From the NCBI RefSeq assembly GCF_009914755.1, contig NC_060944.1: a DNA stretch of 64,000 nt; one strand, written 5' to 3'. This DNA comes from the human T2T-CHM13v2.0 reference genome, Homo sapiens. Under the pieces are notes generated by a model. That model searched no databases. It saw only the letters and a list, made by a program, of their open reading frames with translations, and had not been told where the DNA came from. Shown here one piece after another: positions 1-14,503 of the stretch (position 1 is the first letter of the stretch; each line of letters starts with the position of its first letter). Made by a program: the position numbers and the translations under genes.

Positions 1-736
1 TTGTTTAAAGGGGAAAATCTCAACAAAACCTTTGAGCCTAAGAATAAGTATCACCCTTCCTTGAAGGCAGGGAAATCTGCCAGTATGTCCATGGCAGCAC
101 TTTACAGTGGCCCACAGCAGCCACCGCCAAGGCAGGACCCACATAACATCCTAGTCTGTCATCCCAAGCTCAGCACAGAATGTATCCATAAACAGGGATC
201 ATGGGTATTGGAGAGGCAGCTGCCTCCAGGCATCTCTTGTCAATGATCCTGGACCCCTGATCTCAGCCTTTGCCCATGGTCTTCTACTGCCTTCTGGTCT
301 TAGTTGGCTGGAAGCCCACCTTAGGAACAACTCATTTAAGGGACAGTCTCCCCAAGCAGAAGTGCCACGGGCTGTGCCCACCTCTCTCAGATCAGATGAA
401 ACCCACACTGCAGGGCCTTTGGCACAGGCTGTGCAGGGGGACAGGAGCCTGGCCTGTGCCCATCCCACTGCCATCTCACCAAACGCAGCGAACTCAGCTG
501 CTGTCTCCCAAAAGTCCTTCAGCACGAGAAACAAAATTAATCAGTTTATGTAGCAAAAAACTGATTCATACATGGAGGCTGGGAGTGCCATCACAACTGT
601 TTTAGAAAACAGTTATAACCAGTGATGGCTTTGAACTCATTTACTCTTCCCGTTTTCCATTTCTATTTGGCAAAAAAAGTAACACATATGTTAAAAAATA
701 AAAAAAAAAAAAGTGTGTTTGATATATACCACGTAC

Positions 737-832
737 CTGGGATGGTGTTATCCAGGATAAAAGCCACACAGCCCCCTACAAACATAGCAGTTGTGAGAAG
801 GACGTTCAACACTTGATCGATTCCTGTTATCC
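737..832 (-). CDS. SLC23A2: SVCT2 coding exon (96 nt, GITGID...DNTIPG)
   Basis: ttctag|GG acceptor, CAG|gtacgt donor. Confidence 0.96.
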
Positions 833-1604
833 CTAGAAAGAGAACACAGCCATAAACGATCAGTGCCACAGCAGCGGTGAGCCTGCCCTTGACTTGGGAA
901 GGGGCAATGGTGTGGGCAGAACTCCGCCAATCAAAGCAGGAAAGGAAAGTGTACATTTCTTAGTTGTGCACATGTAGATGAATTTTTGCCAGTAATGTTT
1001 TAAACTACGATGAATACTTTCAACAATAATCCAAAGGTATCTCCATAAGGAGAATTCCCAACAGTGGTGCATAGAAGATGAATCTAAGAGTGGTGTTCAC
1101 CCTACAACGAACTGTGAAGCCACAGGGGTGTAGTCGGTGGATAAAAAAAATTCTAAATAAAAAAAAATGGTAGTCATAAGGCTGAGAAAAAATTACAAAG
1201 TGAATAATAAGATGACAAAAATATTTCTGGCACCTGCAGTCATAGAAGACTTTTCAGTATCCTGGGTTATCAATTAGTGCTTAGCTGCTTTTAATCAGGG
1301 GCAACTGGATTTATAAAGATGTCCTCCCATGAATATGACATATTAAATGTAAAAAACAGCAAGAATCTCATTTATCCACACACTTTCCATCCGGAAGATA
1401 GAATAATCCTCAACAGAAAATCATAGGCACTGGTGAGGATGTGGAGAAACAGAAACCCTCGTACATGGCTAATGGGATAGTAAAATGGTGCAGCCGCCAT
1501 GAAAAAGTTTGGCAGTTCCTCAAAAGGTTAAAAATAGAATTACCACATGACCCAATTATTCCACTCTTAGGTATATACCCAGGAGAAATGAAAACAAGTA
1601 CTCA

Positions 1605-2080
1605 AATATGGCCCACATTGATTATTCATGAATTACGTGTTTGTGAAATTGCCCATACACTAAAATGTATTTGTAAACCCAAAATGAATACCCTTGGTGC
1701 CTTCATGGGTATACAGAGCAGTGAAAAATCTGAGCCACGCCACATACATTCCTGACTGATGTCAAATAAGCTGACGCTCTGCCTTGTTCTGGCCTCATCC
1801 TGTAAACAAGAGTCCTTTTTGCGGACTATGTAGTGCCATGTCTGTCATACCGTGTGCTTTCCGTTGGTGATCTCACTGTTTAAAATGTCCAAGTGGTGTG
1901 AAGTGCTCCCTGACGTTTCTACACATAAGGCGGCTATGGTGTGTGTTAAAGAAGATCCATCCAGGCATGAGCTGTGGCATTGCTGACTGTCTTTCCCCAG
2001 CAATGGTTCAGTATTTGCTAATACTGCTTGTGGCAACTCTACGAAACATAACTTCATGAATAATGAGAACTGATTGTACT
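1605..2080. mobile_element. TcMar-Tigger non-autonomous element (MER82-like)
   Basis: Inverted termini (attattcatgaa ... ttcatgaataatgag) and internal similarity to the remembered consensus. Confidence 0.6.
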
Positions 2081-2184
2081 TGCACATCAATATTCACAAT
2101 AGCCAAAGGGCGGAAACAACCCAAATGTCCATCAATGGATGAATCGATAAACAATTTATGGTATATACACACAAAGGAACATTA

Positions 2185-2584
<400 letters not shown>

Positions 2585-3395
2585 TTATGACTCTATTTAT
2601 ACCTAGAATAGACCGTGAATCCATAGAAACAGAAAGCACACCGGTGGCTGCCAGCGGGTGGGAGCAGGCGGTGATGGGGATTTACTGCTTAATGAGTTTG
2701 GGGTTTTATTTTGGGGTAATGAAATGTTTTGGAAACTGGACAGAGGTGATGGCTGCACAACACTGTACTAGATGCCATTGAACTGCTTAAAGTAGTTAAT
2801 TTTGTTATGTGAATTTCACCCACAAAAAATATATGTATAAACAAACACTCCTCAATTCTGCACTGGCTAAGATATTACCAGTAGCAATGGCTATGTCTTG
2901 AGACGGTTCTTCCTTTCTACATTCCTCAGGACATTGCAGTGTTAAAACAAAAGGAGGAGTTAAAAAGGTTAATCTTGAATGCACAAGCCACGTGATTTTG
3001 CTCTGAGGAGTTAATAGGATAGACATCAAATAGTAGAATAACGTGTTCAAAGTCTATGAAGTTGAGTTTCAAAAAAAAATTATCTTAATGGAGCATTAGT
3101 CTATTAAGATAGACTAATGAAATCAAAAGCATTTAGAGAGAGGCATTCTCCCAAAGGAGAGGGTCCCAGTGAAAAAGAGACCTTAGCATCCATGACTGTT
3201 ATGTGTACACGCCAGCAGGAAGCCCACAGCGCTTCCAGGTAAGTATTGAAAAGTGAGATTCAAGAGAGATCCACAGACGCATCTGCACCACAGCTCCTGG
3301 AGGCCCAAAGTCCTCTCCAATGGGCAAAGAGCTGCGTGTGGACTGGCGGCTGTGGTTCCAGCTCCCACTCCAAGATGTAAAGCCCATTTCCTCAC

Positions 3396-3533
3396 CTGTG
3401 ACCAGAGGGTTCTGTCTGAGGTAACTTGGAAGGACGAGCCCAAAGAAGATCGAAAATCCAAGCACAAAGAGGTTCCGGGAAGAATTTAAATCAATGAACT
3501 GCAGGTTAGAGAGGCCAACAGCTGTGATCATTC
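3396..3533 (-). CDS. SLC23A2: SVCT2 coding exon (138 nt, GMITAV...NPLVTG)
   Basis: ctccag|GA acceptor, CAG|gtgagg donor. Confidence 0.96.
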
Positions 3534-4225
3534 CTGGAGAAAAACAAACCAGACCACAAGCTCCAGCACCACTACAGCGGGGACAGCTCAAGGCAGGTGA
3601 GGGCAGGCTCCCTGGCACCCCTTCTCTGTCCAACAGAAACCAATGAGACCAGTGCAGGGACAGGAAGGGGGATGTGTGGGGTCAGACTGTAGCCACCCTG
3701 CGCTCTGAGCCAAATGACCCTCGGCGTACGCGCTATTTGGGCTCCTACGGGAGCATAAACACCATGTGGCATTTTGTTTGTCAAATAGAAAACTAAGGAC
3801 ATTGGTTCTCTCTCTACACAAACATTTTGATTAAACAGGGAGACCTACCTAAATATCTGGTGCATGTCTCTGGTTATTACAGCTAAATGGTGCAGAGATC
3901 AAACCCAGAGTCCCACTGTCAAAATGGTCAGTTTTAAGTAGCCCATTCAGAGGGATGGTATTTGAGTTAAATTGGTCAGAAATACTAAAGAGATTAAATT
4001 TAATTGAAATGTTCATAGCACAATTACATCTTATTGTTGGTTCCATATTTAATATAAATTCAACTCAGAGAGTGATAAAAGTTTTCATTTTTTGAAGGCA
4101 TATCCTTTGTATTTTAAAATAGAAATTTATCGTTACCTTCTTACTGAAGGGAGTCAGCAAAAACACCATGACCCCTATTAAAAATTTGGAAAAGTAAAGG
4201 AAAAAGCCAGAGAGGGGAGTCTTAC

Positions 4226-4355
4226 CAAAGAGCGTGCAGAACAGGGCTCCCAGCACAGGATCCGGAAGGGACGCAAAGAGGGCGCTGAACTTCCCGATCA
4301 TGCCCAGAGCGAGCATGAGGGCTGCTCCGCACTGTATCACGCGGCGGCTGCCGAC
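4226..4355 (-). CDS. SLC23A2: SVCT2 coding exon (130 nt, VGSRRV...FCTLFG)
   Basis: ctgcag|GTC acceptor, TTG|gtaaga donor. Confidence 0.96.
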
Positions 4356-4585
4356 CTGCAGAACACACAGGAGACTGGGAAACAGGGACTCATCTCCATG
4401 CAAAATCACCGTAAGTTACTAAAGAACACACAGCAGAGATACCCATGGCCTGGCTCGCTACCTTCACCTCCTCCTCAGCCCACTCTTCTCACCTCCACTG
4501 TGGGGACCCTGAGGGCCGCCCTCTGCATCTCCAAGCCTTGGTGACACTCCCTGCACTCAGGCCTCAGGGCTCTACTGCCCTGGCA

Positions 4586-4671
4586 CAGTCATGGGTTGGG
4601 ATGGCCGTCTGTGTCTCAAATGCAAAGGCCACACTTTGCCCCTGCCTATCCCCTGGGTTCCCGGCACCACA
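4586..4671 (+). repeat. Dispersed direct repeat A, copy 1 (about 85 bp)
   Basis: Near-identical to 5397-5481. Confidence 0.9.
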
Positions 4672-5396
4672 TGTCACCAAGGCAATTTCCCCCAAAGTGC
4701 TTCAGCCTCAATGCCAACTTCCCCACACCGGAAATCAGACCAAACCCCCAGACATGTCTGGAACCTCCTCTCCTCACGGCACGCTTCCCGTGAGAGGTGG
4801 AAAAGAGAAGGGGCTACGGATGAGGACATCTGGAGCCTGACTGCGGGCTCTTCTCCTGGCCCACGTCTGACTGTATGGTCGGGCCGACCCGTAGCCTCTA
4901 GAGTCTCAGGATCTTCATCTCAGTCACACACAAGCCTCGTGGTTTTGTTTTGAGGATTAAACGGGACCTGCATAAAACTGCCTGAATGGTAGCTGGCACG
5001 CACTGAGCCATCTGAGAGCCGCCCACATGGGCCTGCTGCCACTGGCCTTTCCTGCACCCATTCCATGGGGCCACGGGGTCACCTTTCTAACACATGAAAT
5101 TGGGGAGGCTGGTCCCCTGCTTGCATCCTCTGGTACTCATGAAATAAAGCCCACTTCTCAGGCTCTTTCCAAGCACACCAGGCAGGCCTGGGCCTGTCTA
5201 CCTGGACACCCTTCCCTGTGGTTCCCTCCTAGCCAGATCCTAGATGCATCCTTTTAAACATCACCCAAATGCTCCTCTGAAAAGCATCCCAACTCCAGGA
5301 CTATTCCCCCATTATAGGCTCTCATAGCACCATGTAGGGCATATCTGCTACTCCTGATCTCTGCCTCCCAGCAGCTTCTGTCTAGCCTGCTGTCAC

Positions 5397-5481
5397 CAGT
5401 CATGGGTTGGGATGGCCCTCTGTGTCTCAACGCAAAGGCCACACTTTGCCCCTGCCTATCCCCTGGGTTCCCGGCACCACA
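5397..5481 (+). repeat. Dispersed direct repeat A, copy 2
   Basis: Near-identical to 4586-4671. Confidence 0.9.
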
Positions 5482-6056
5482 CGTGAGAGGTGGTGCTGGC
5501 ATCAGGCTCAGGAATCCTGCACTATGGGCCCCTACTCTGTGCTGCCTCTTGCAGGAAAACACCCTAAGGATGTAAACTGGGTAAAGGAGGTTCCAGAGTG
5601 TTTGGGGGAGTATCCACAAGGATTTATGTATGACCCCAGTGAGGAGAAGAGGGTTGCTTCAATTTTAATTAAGTAAAATGAGACAAAATTTTAAACGCAA
5701 TTCCTCACGTACACCGGCCACATCTCAAGTGCCCACCAGGCACACGTGGCTGGTGCAGCTGTGTGTGACATGTTGACCACTGCACAGAACCCTCAAAGGA
5801 CCAGGGTCAGCCAGTTACGCATCAGAGCCTGATCTGAGGCTGTGCACATGAGAGATGGCTGCCCAGCTGGACTCAGTCACTGTCTCACTGTCCCTAGCCT
5901 GCCCCACACCACAGACGGCAGGGAAGCAATGGAAAAGATCACTCAAACTGACAAATCAAGCAAAAGCGACTCATGCTTGGCTGTTACTATGGAATAAGGA
6001 AGGCTTTCATTTACTAATGGCCCTATCTTCAGCAAACATTTTCGAGGAACTATGTA

Positions 6057-6137
6057 ATTATTTGATCAAGCTTGTGACTTGTTAGACTGGGACAGGTGAA
6101 TGCAAAGATGAATAAGTCACAAGCTTGATCAAATAAT
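6057..6137. repeat. Perfect 24-bp inverted repeat with a 33-nt spacer
   Basis: attatttgatcaagcttgtgactt (6057-6080) / aagtcacaagcttgatcaaataat (6114-6137). Confidence 0.95.
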
Positions 6138-7117
6138 CTCACTGCTATGCTGTTCTGCTGTTGGGGGAGCCCAGCAGCAGGGAAGAGAAAATCTGAAGAG
6201 TTGGGGAGGGTTGTTGGAGATGGTCCTGAGGGGTGAGTAAGAGTTCGCTAGTGGAAGAGCATCCAGGCAGAGGAAACAGCCTATGCAAAGACTCCTGGCA
6301 GGGTCGGGCAGGCCTGTTAGGTATGAAGGGCCAAACTGGCCCCAGGGATACCTGAAACTAAATCTGGTAGCAAAGTGACATCCAGAAGACTGATCTGCCT
6401 TTGATGCTGTCAACAATATATGCAGCAACTAAGCCATTCTTGTGTTCAATGAATATTGACCAAGTACCTATTATGTTTTATTCTAACTACCAGAGATAGA
6501 GCCCTAAAATCCCAGCCTTCCCGGTGCTTCCCCAGGACCTTTGCTTCCCCTCTCACAGGGTCCATTCCCTGGAATCTCCTTGGCACCTCCCTCCTGAACT
6601 GTGGCTCTGCCTCTAGGACCTTGGTAAAATAGACCCTGGGTTTCTGGATTTACAAAGTCTTCAACGGTGGTGCAGAATGCAGCAAGGAGAAATGACCTTC
6701 CTCTGGACACCAACAAAGAGATCTGACGGCCAGCGAGATAGTACTTGCTCTGTTCCTAGAAATAAACTAAGGGGTAAATAGCAATAATGATAATAACGAT
6801 AATGATGGACCTTGCTGGTCCAGGTAGGGAGGCACTCAGGTGCCATCATTCCTTCATGCAATATAGATATTTATGAAGCACCCGCTCTGCCAGGCTACTG
6901 TTCTAGGCACTTGGGATACATCAGCTCATTAAAAAGTGCTGGCAAGGTAACTTGTCAGAGTAAGCTAGCACCATTCAAATTTTAATAAAAGGAATGATTT
7001 CCCAAACTACCTTGGTGGCCACATTATATGATGATGTGTTTTAAAGGGGTGCAGAAGGAGGAGGCTTGTTACACCATCTTCCCCTAAGATTCCCTTCATC
7101 TACAACAATTTTACTCC

Positions 7118-7800
<683 letters not shown>

Positions 7801-8439
7801 TATCTTATTTGAGATTTGGGATTAGTTATATGCCTGCAAGCTCATGGCAGCAAACTGGCTGAAGAGTGGCATGGCTTAGGCCCCATTCTGTGCCCATGAG
7901 ATCCTTCCCTCATCTCCCTGTGCTCAGCACTGGCTTCTCACCATGGGTAGCAAAAGGACCTCCAGGATGGCGCTAGAGGAAGCGCCCCTCAGACAACCTT
8001 CCCTCACATCCCCCATACAGGGAGCAACAGGCAGATGGGGCCATTGGCACACCTCAGGCTGAGCTCTGGCAGGGCCCTGCCAACCTGGGGAAACCAACAA
8101 ACAAACCAGGCATGTGTGTGCCTGCCTGGCAGCTCCCTCTCACCTGGATTTGCAATCAAGGTTAATCAAACTTAGTATCTGGTTTCTCTTTATCTGATTA
8201 TAGAATCTTACATGGCAAAGGAGAGCTCTTTTGAAATCCACTCCTCCCTCCCAATTTGACAGAGGTCAACCAGTTCTAGAAGGTTTCCGGGCTCACCCCA
8301 AGTCCTCAGTGAGGGAGACCTGTGAGACGTAGGCCATCGAGGATGGTGAACCAATTTTCATGGTCTTAGTTTCACAACATACCATGGCCAATGGTGGGTC
8401 ATCTCTTAATTTAAAACTAGTGACACCTCCCAGTTGGGA

Positions 8440-8990
8440 TCCCATTTCTACCTTTTGCCCAGCCCCCCATGGTCTATTCTCATCACTGCAGTCAAAGCGA
8501 TCCCTAAAAAAAAAAAAAAAAAAAAAAAAAATCTGACCAAGCTGCTCCCTGCAGCACTCCCTTCCACTCAGGCAGTCTGTGGCTGCCTACCTACCTGCCT
8601 GCCTGTGTAACCTGCTCCCCAGTTACCCGGCAGACCCCACCTGCTCTGACTCCCTGACCCGCACTGGCCTCCTTGCTGACCTTCCACTTCCAGGATAGGG
8701 CTCGGCCCTGGCCACACCCTGGCCTGGAACGCTCTCCCCCAGGTTATTTGCAGGCTCCCTCCCTCCACCCTTCAGGTCTGTGTTCAGGTCACCTGATCAC
8801 CCTCTCCCCAAGCTTCCTGTCCCATGTTTCCCCCAGTACTTGTCACTGGCTGACATAATGCATCATTTATGGACTTAGTATGCTGATTGTTGATTGCTAG
8901 AATGTAAACTCCACTTTTTAATTCACTGATGTATCCCAAGTGCCTTGAACAGTGGCCTGGCAGAGTCAGTGCTTTATAAATATCTATACT
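8440..8990. mobile_element. L2 relic
   Basis: Degenerate L2 3' motifs (ctagaatgtaaactcca, cactgatgtatcccaagtgcct, aaatat). Confidence 0.55.
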
Positions 8991-9218
8991 GCATGATGGA
9001 ATGACAGCACTGAGTGCCTCCCTACCCGGACCAGCAAGAGAAGAGAGACTTCCAAACAGGCATTATAAACACTTAAAAAAAAAAAAAAAAAAAAAAAGGA
9101 GAGAAGTAATTTTTTAGAACCAGAGGCCCGCCCATTTGGAACTTGCAGTGGCCAGATCGATCAATGAAATGGACCAATGCTTAGAAACCCAATCATTTAA
9201 TTAGAAAAATCTGTGTAC

Positions 9219-9324
9219 CTTTGTAATTCCCAAAACTCCAATGTTGGGACTGGATGAAGTAGAGCCATTCCCAGTACCAAATATGCCATCAAGAACACAG
9301 GAGAGGCCTTCCACGAAAATTCCC
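9219..9324 (-). CDS. SLC23A2: SVCT2 coding exon (106 nt, GIFVEG...[10 protein letters not shown]; NAT signature)
   Basis: tcttag|G acceptor, AAG|gtacac donor; the NAT motif starts with P, as in ascorbate-transporting members. Confidence 0.96.
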
Positions 9325-9370
9325 CTAAGATGTAAAGGAATGGAGGAAAGAAAATCATTCAATGGGATAA

Positions 9371-9822
<452 letters not shown>

Positions 9823-10601
9823 AGAATCTGCATTTTAACAGAACCCCCAAAGCTCATTCCATTTTGAGAAGCACATCTCTAAATCACACGTTAGATTTGA
9901 GTGTTTTTAAATCACCGCAAATGAAAGCAAAGGATTTTAGCCAGAAAATAAAGCCATTTGTTGGGGTATAAGACAAACATGGGCCGTCTATGGAAATAAA
10001 ACATTGATGTGATCCTTTACTCTTAAAATCCAGTTTCATCAGGAAGGAAATGTTTTATAATTTCATAAGTACTGACACTTTTAAACATACTGATATACAG
10101 GTATTTAATCATGTGCAGCAGCTCCATTAGAGAAAGATGGGGACATCAGGTACCAGAGCCAAGGCCCAGTCCATTAATCTCATCACACACAGTCCCTTCT
10201 GGGGTTACAGAGCTGGCTGGAGAACAGGAGGGGATCTGGGCTGTTTTCTTTTCTCTGCAGACTCCTCAGGGGCAATCATCTGACAACTTCTAAAAGCTAA
10301 TCATAAACCCCATAGTTCATAAGCCCTAGATCCCACAGATTTCATTCATTTCTGCTATTCCTGTCCCTATTTATATAAACTGTAACTGTGCATAGATTAC
10401 ACAGTGCTTACCCTTGGGGACAATTGGAACGTATCTAATTGACAGACCTGGGGCATACTGCCTGCTGCTAAGGTTTCCACTACAGGGGAGAGCAAACGGT
10501 ATCCTTGTGCTTTCTGTCTGTCCGATTGTGGCAGCCAAGATTGGGTGGGGAAACAGGGAAAAAAACAGGTAATTTTTGCAATGTAGAAATAGCACTGTAT
10601 A

Positions 10602-10800
10602 GCCAAGTATGGTGGTGCACACCTGCAGTCTCAGCTACTCAAGGTGCTGAGGTGGGAGGATTGCTTGAGCCCAGGAGTTCAAGAGTGTGGTGCATTACGA
10701 TTGTGCCTCTGAATAGCCACTGCACTGTAGCCTGGGCAACACGGTGAGACCCTGGGTCTTTTTAAATTAAAAACAAACAAACAAAAAAAAAACAAAAAAA
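10602..10800 (+). mobile_element. Fossil Alu monomer (FAM-like)
   Basis: Single monomer retaining the 7SL-type tgaatagccactgcac segment; A-rich tail. Confidence 0.8.
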
Positions 10801-10912
10801 ACCTGTAAGCAGTGAAGAGCTTGTTTTGCTGGGAAGAAAAATTTCAGTTTGTGTAAAAAAAAAAAAAAAAAGAACAGTTGGAAAGGCAAGATAACAGAAA
10901 ATCAAAGTAGTG

Positions 10913-11008
10913 CTCTCTATCTCTCTCTCTCTCTCTATATATATATATAGACAGAGCTACTTTGATTTTATCTATCTAATCTCCAAATGACACACACACA
11001 CACACACA
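10913..11008. repeat. Compound microsatellites (CT)n(AT)n and (CA)n
   Basis: Read directly from the sequence. Confidence 0.9.
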
Positions 11009-11156
11009 CCCCAAAAAAAGCAAAGAACAAGTGCAGTGCTTGGCATGTGGTTTTTGAATTTAAGGCTTACAGTGGTTTCGCAGAGAGTGTGTTATTTGAT
11101 GTCACTGCAATTAAGGAAGGGTAGGAATTCCGTTCCACGTCATGGACGAGGAAAAT

Positions 11157-11226
11157 GAAAGTAAACAAAGGCAGTGGTGTATCAGACAGTCGAAAGTAAA
11201 CAAAGGTGGTGATGCATCAAACAGTC
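11157..11226 (+). repeat. 35-bp imperfect tandem duplication
   Basis: gaaagtaaacaaagg...acagtc, two copies. Confidence 0.85.
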
Positions 11227-11354
11227 GCTAGAGTCCTGCTGCTTGGCTGGGCTCCTGCTGAAACTCTTGGTTTTGTCTTCAAGGTAATGTAAACCTAAGA
11301 ACAAAGTAACAAGGTGCTGGGACCAATCAGGAACTTGTCTTCTCAGGAACGTAC

Positions 11355-11502
11355 CTGTTTATTGCGTGGATGGGGGGGGGTGGGGCACAGGACAGCCGTG
11401 CACAGGCGTAGTAGTCACCAATAGACTCGATGATGCTGGCGACCACGGCACTGAGCATGCCGATGACACCGGCCGCAGACACGGTGGGCAGTCCCCACTG
11501 AA
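11355..11502 (-). CDS. SLC23A2: SVCT2 coding exon (148 nt, FQWGLP...[10 protein letters not shown])
   Basis: cccacag|TT acceptor, CAG|gtacgt donor. Confidence 0.96.
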
Positions 11503-11746
11503 CTGTGGGAGGAAAACAACCATGAATGCTCCTAGAGAGGCAGGCGAAAGTGACCAGGACCAGTTACCCAAAGTCATTCTGAACGCTGCAAGACTCTACA
11601 AGATCCACTTGGATTCTGAAGCTCATGGAAACTGTTCATTTTAAAATCTTAAGCACCAGATGCCTGGGACAGTTGCTAAGTCAGATGAAGGCGGCCATAA
11701 TGAGGACTGATGTGCACTGTGTCTTTAATTAAAAGAAAACATCGTA

Positions 11747-12117
<371 letters not shown>

Positions 12118-14213
12118 CTAAATAACAACTGAAAGTGCCCTGCCACGTTGGGAAATTTGTATGAGGGATTTATAGCCCTGCTGTACAGAGCAGGGTACAA
12201 AGCAGCAGTGGCCTTCCCCAGGGGAGGACATCAAGTGAAAAGGCAGTGAGAAATCACCAGCTAAACTTAAATCCCAACAGTAAAGCATCCATAAGGTATG
12301 GACAGTCCTTCTCTACTATAATACCAGAACCTTATTTTTATATCATAAACCATGTTATGGGAAATTAAATAGTTTCATTTCAGAAAGCAAAGTGAGGCCC
12401 CACTGAAACTTCATTTTAAGTTCCGCATTTACTTAATCCCTCATTAGATACTTTTTTCTTCACAAGTATATTTATTTGGACTTGAAAGCCATAGGTCTTA
12501 CTTAACAAAAATAGCATGGGTCTCTTTCGTGTGAGAATGAATAGACTCCTTTGATAAAGGAGTAGCCCTTCTTCCGTTGAAGCATTAGTTATAATACACT
12601 CACTGAGCAGAAAGCACAGTGGGAAAAGAACGATGGCTAAAACATGGTCTCTCATGCAGGAGCCAACAACGTAGCTGGGGACACAGGACACTCCAAAAGA
12701 TCCGGGGAGAGGGAAATTGCTCAACTTCAAATGGAGGCAAGCTGAGCTGGGTCACAAGAAGCACCAGTGAGGTGGTCAGGAAAAGGCGAAGTCGGGCCCT
12801 GGCCAGGGAAGGATCTGAGGAGGAGGTGGGAACGGAGGTGCCCCTCCAGGGATCGGGAGGGTCTGGAGGGTGGGGTTTGAGGGTGTTCTGGTGAACGCAG
12901 AGCTCTCATGCAGGGCACAGGGCAGGAGGCAAGTTCTGGAAGTGTTCCAAAAGCCATCTAAGCCACCTAGAGGGGTTTGGCCTGTGTTGTAGGTAGCCTA
13001 GAGCAACCACTGGATTGGGAAGAGAAAGGATACAAAGTCAGACGTGCAGAATAAGCCTGGAGTGCGGTTAAGGGCAGAATTGCTCCTGCCTCAGGCTTGT
13101 TCATTCTGTGGGAGCAGCCAGGGGATGCAGAGGCGGCCCTTGGTCAGGGGTGCAAGGTACGCAGGTTGATGGATGGGGCTCGACACACCCTATGCCACCA
13201 GCAAGAGGCCTGCTCAACGTATCAGCTCCAGGTTAATTTGGAATGGATTTTCCTCATTCAGAGGCCTTCCTCACCAAGGAACATTTTGCTTTTTCTCAAT
13301 TATCTTTTATACTGTTATCTTGTTATTGTTGTAGCATTCTGGTTTCAAGAATTCTGGTTGTAGCATTCAAGTTTAGTGTCTTGATTTTGAAGGGGGATTC
13401 TTATTTTGATCCTTTTTCCTTCAGATATATATCTATATATCTATATCTATATTTTTTTTTCTTAAAGACCTTGTTGGCTTCCAGCCTTCTCTCTTGAATC
13501 TGTTATTTCATATCTCCTTTTACCAAGAAACTTTCATTTAGTTTGTTACTTGACAGCAGGGTTTTTCAACCTCAGCACTGTTGACATTTTGCACCAGAAA
13601 TCTGTATTATATTAACAATCAGTCCAGACCATGCCTAGTGTACTAAAGACTGAAAAGCACTGCTCAGGTATTCAAAAGCCCCTCTCTGGCTTGAGACAAA
13701 GCACTGGAGAGTACTACATATGTATACAGTAGTACGACTATATCCCTGGAGGTGGCTTTCTAGCTATGGAGCTCTGGTACCCCACCAGCCCTCGGCAGGC
13801 CAGGAGCCCTACGTGCTCGCTCACGGCCAGCACAACCTCAGGCGCTCTGTCTACTAAGTTTCGCCTTCTCGTGTGTGGCCCCATGGGTCCTAGTGAACTC
13901 CCTCTGGCCCCAGCACCTGTACAGCTGCCTCTCCTGGACAGCCCAGCTTGTGCCCCTACTGGCGCCCACCTTGGGAGTTGCCTGCACAAGCAGAAGACCA
14001 CCTTGTATACGCTGTGGGGGCTTCTACCTACCTGCCACCCCCGCCTCGCCCTCACCCTGACTGCCTCACCAACTAATTGTAATTTCATTTTATCTCAGAC
14101 TACAGGTATGTTTATGAACCATGCACATTCTTTCTTGGAAAAAGAATAGGTCTGTATAAATGCACACTTAGACCATACAATCTGATGAGAAAGTTATTTT
14201 AGAAAGATGAAAC

Positions 14214-14503
<290 letters not shown>

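Noticed and set aside
4750-4759. p53 response element (AGACATGTCT)
   Set aside because: Only one half-site; the adjacent decamers do not fit RRRCWWGYYY
10602-10800. 7SL RNA gene or pseudogene
   Set aside because: Lacks the S domain; fits a fossil Alu monomer
13738-14149. GC-rich island with ORFs on both strands
   Set aside because: Too short and CpG-poor for a CpG-island promoter, and the peptides are unrecognisable
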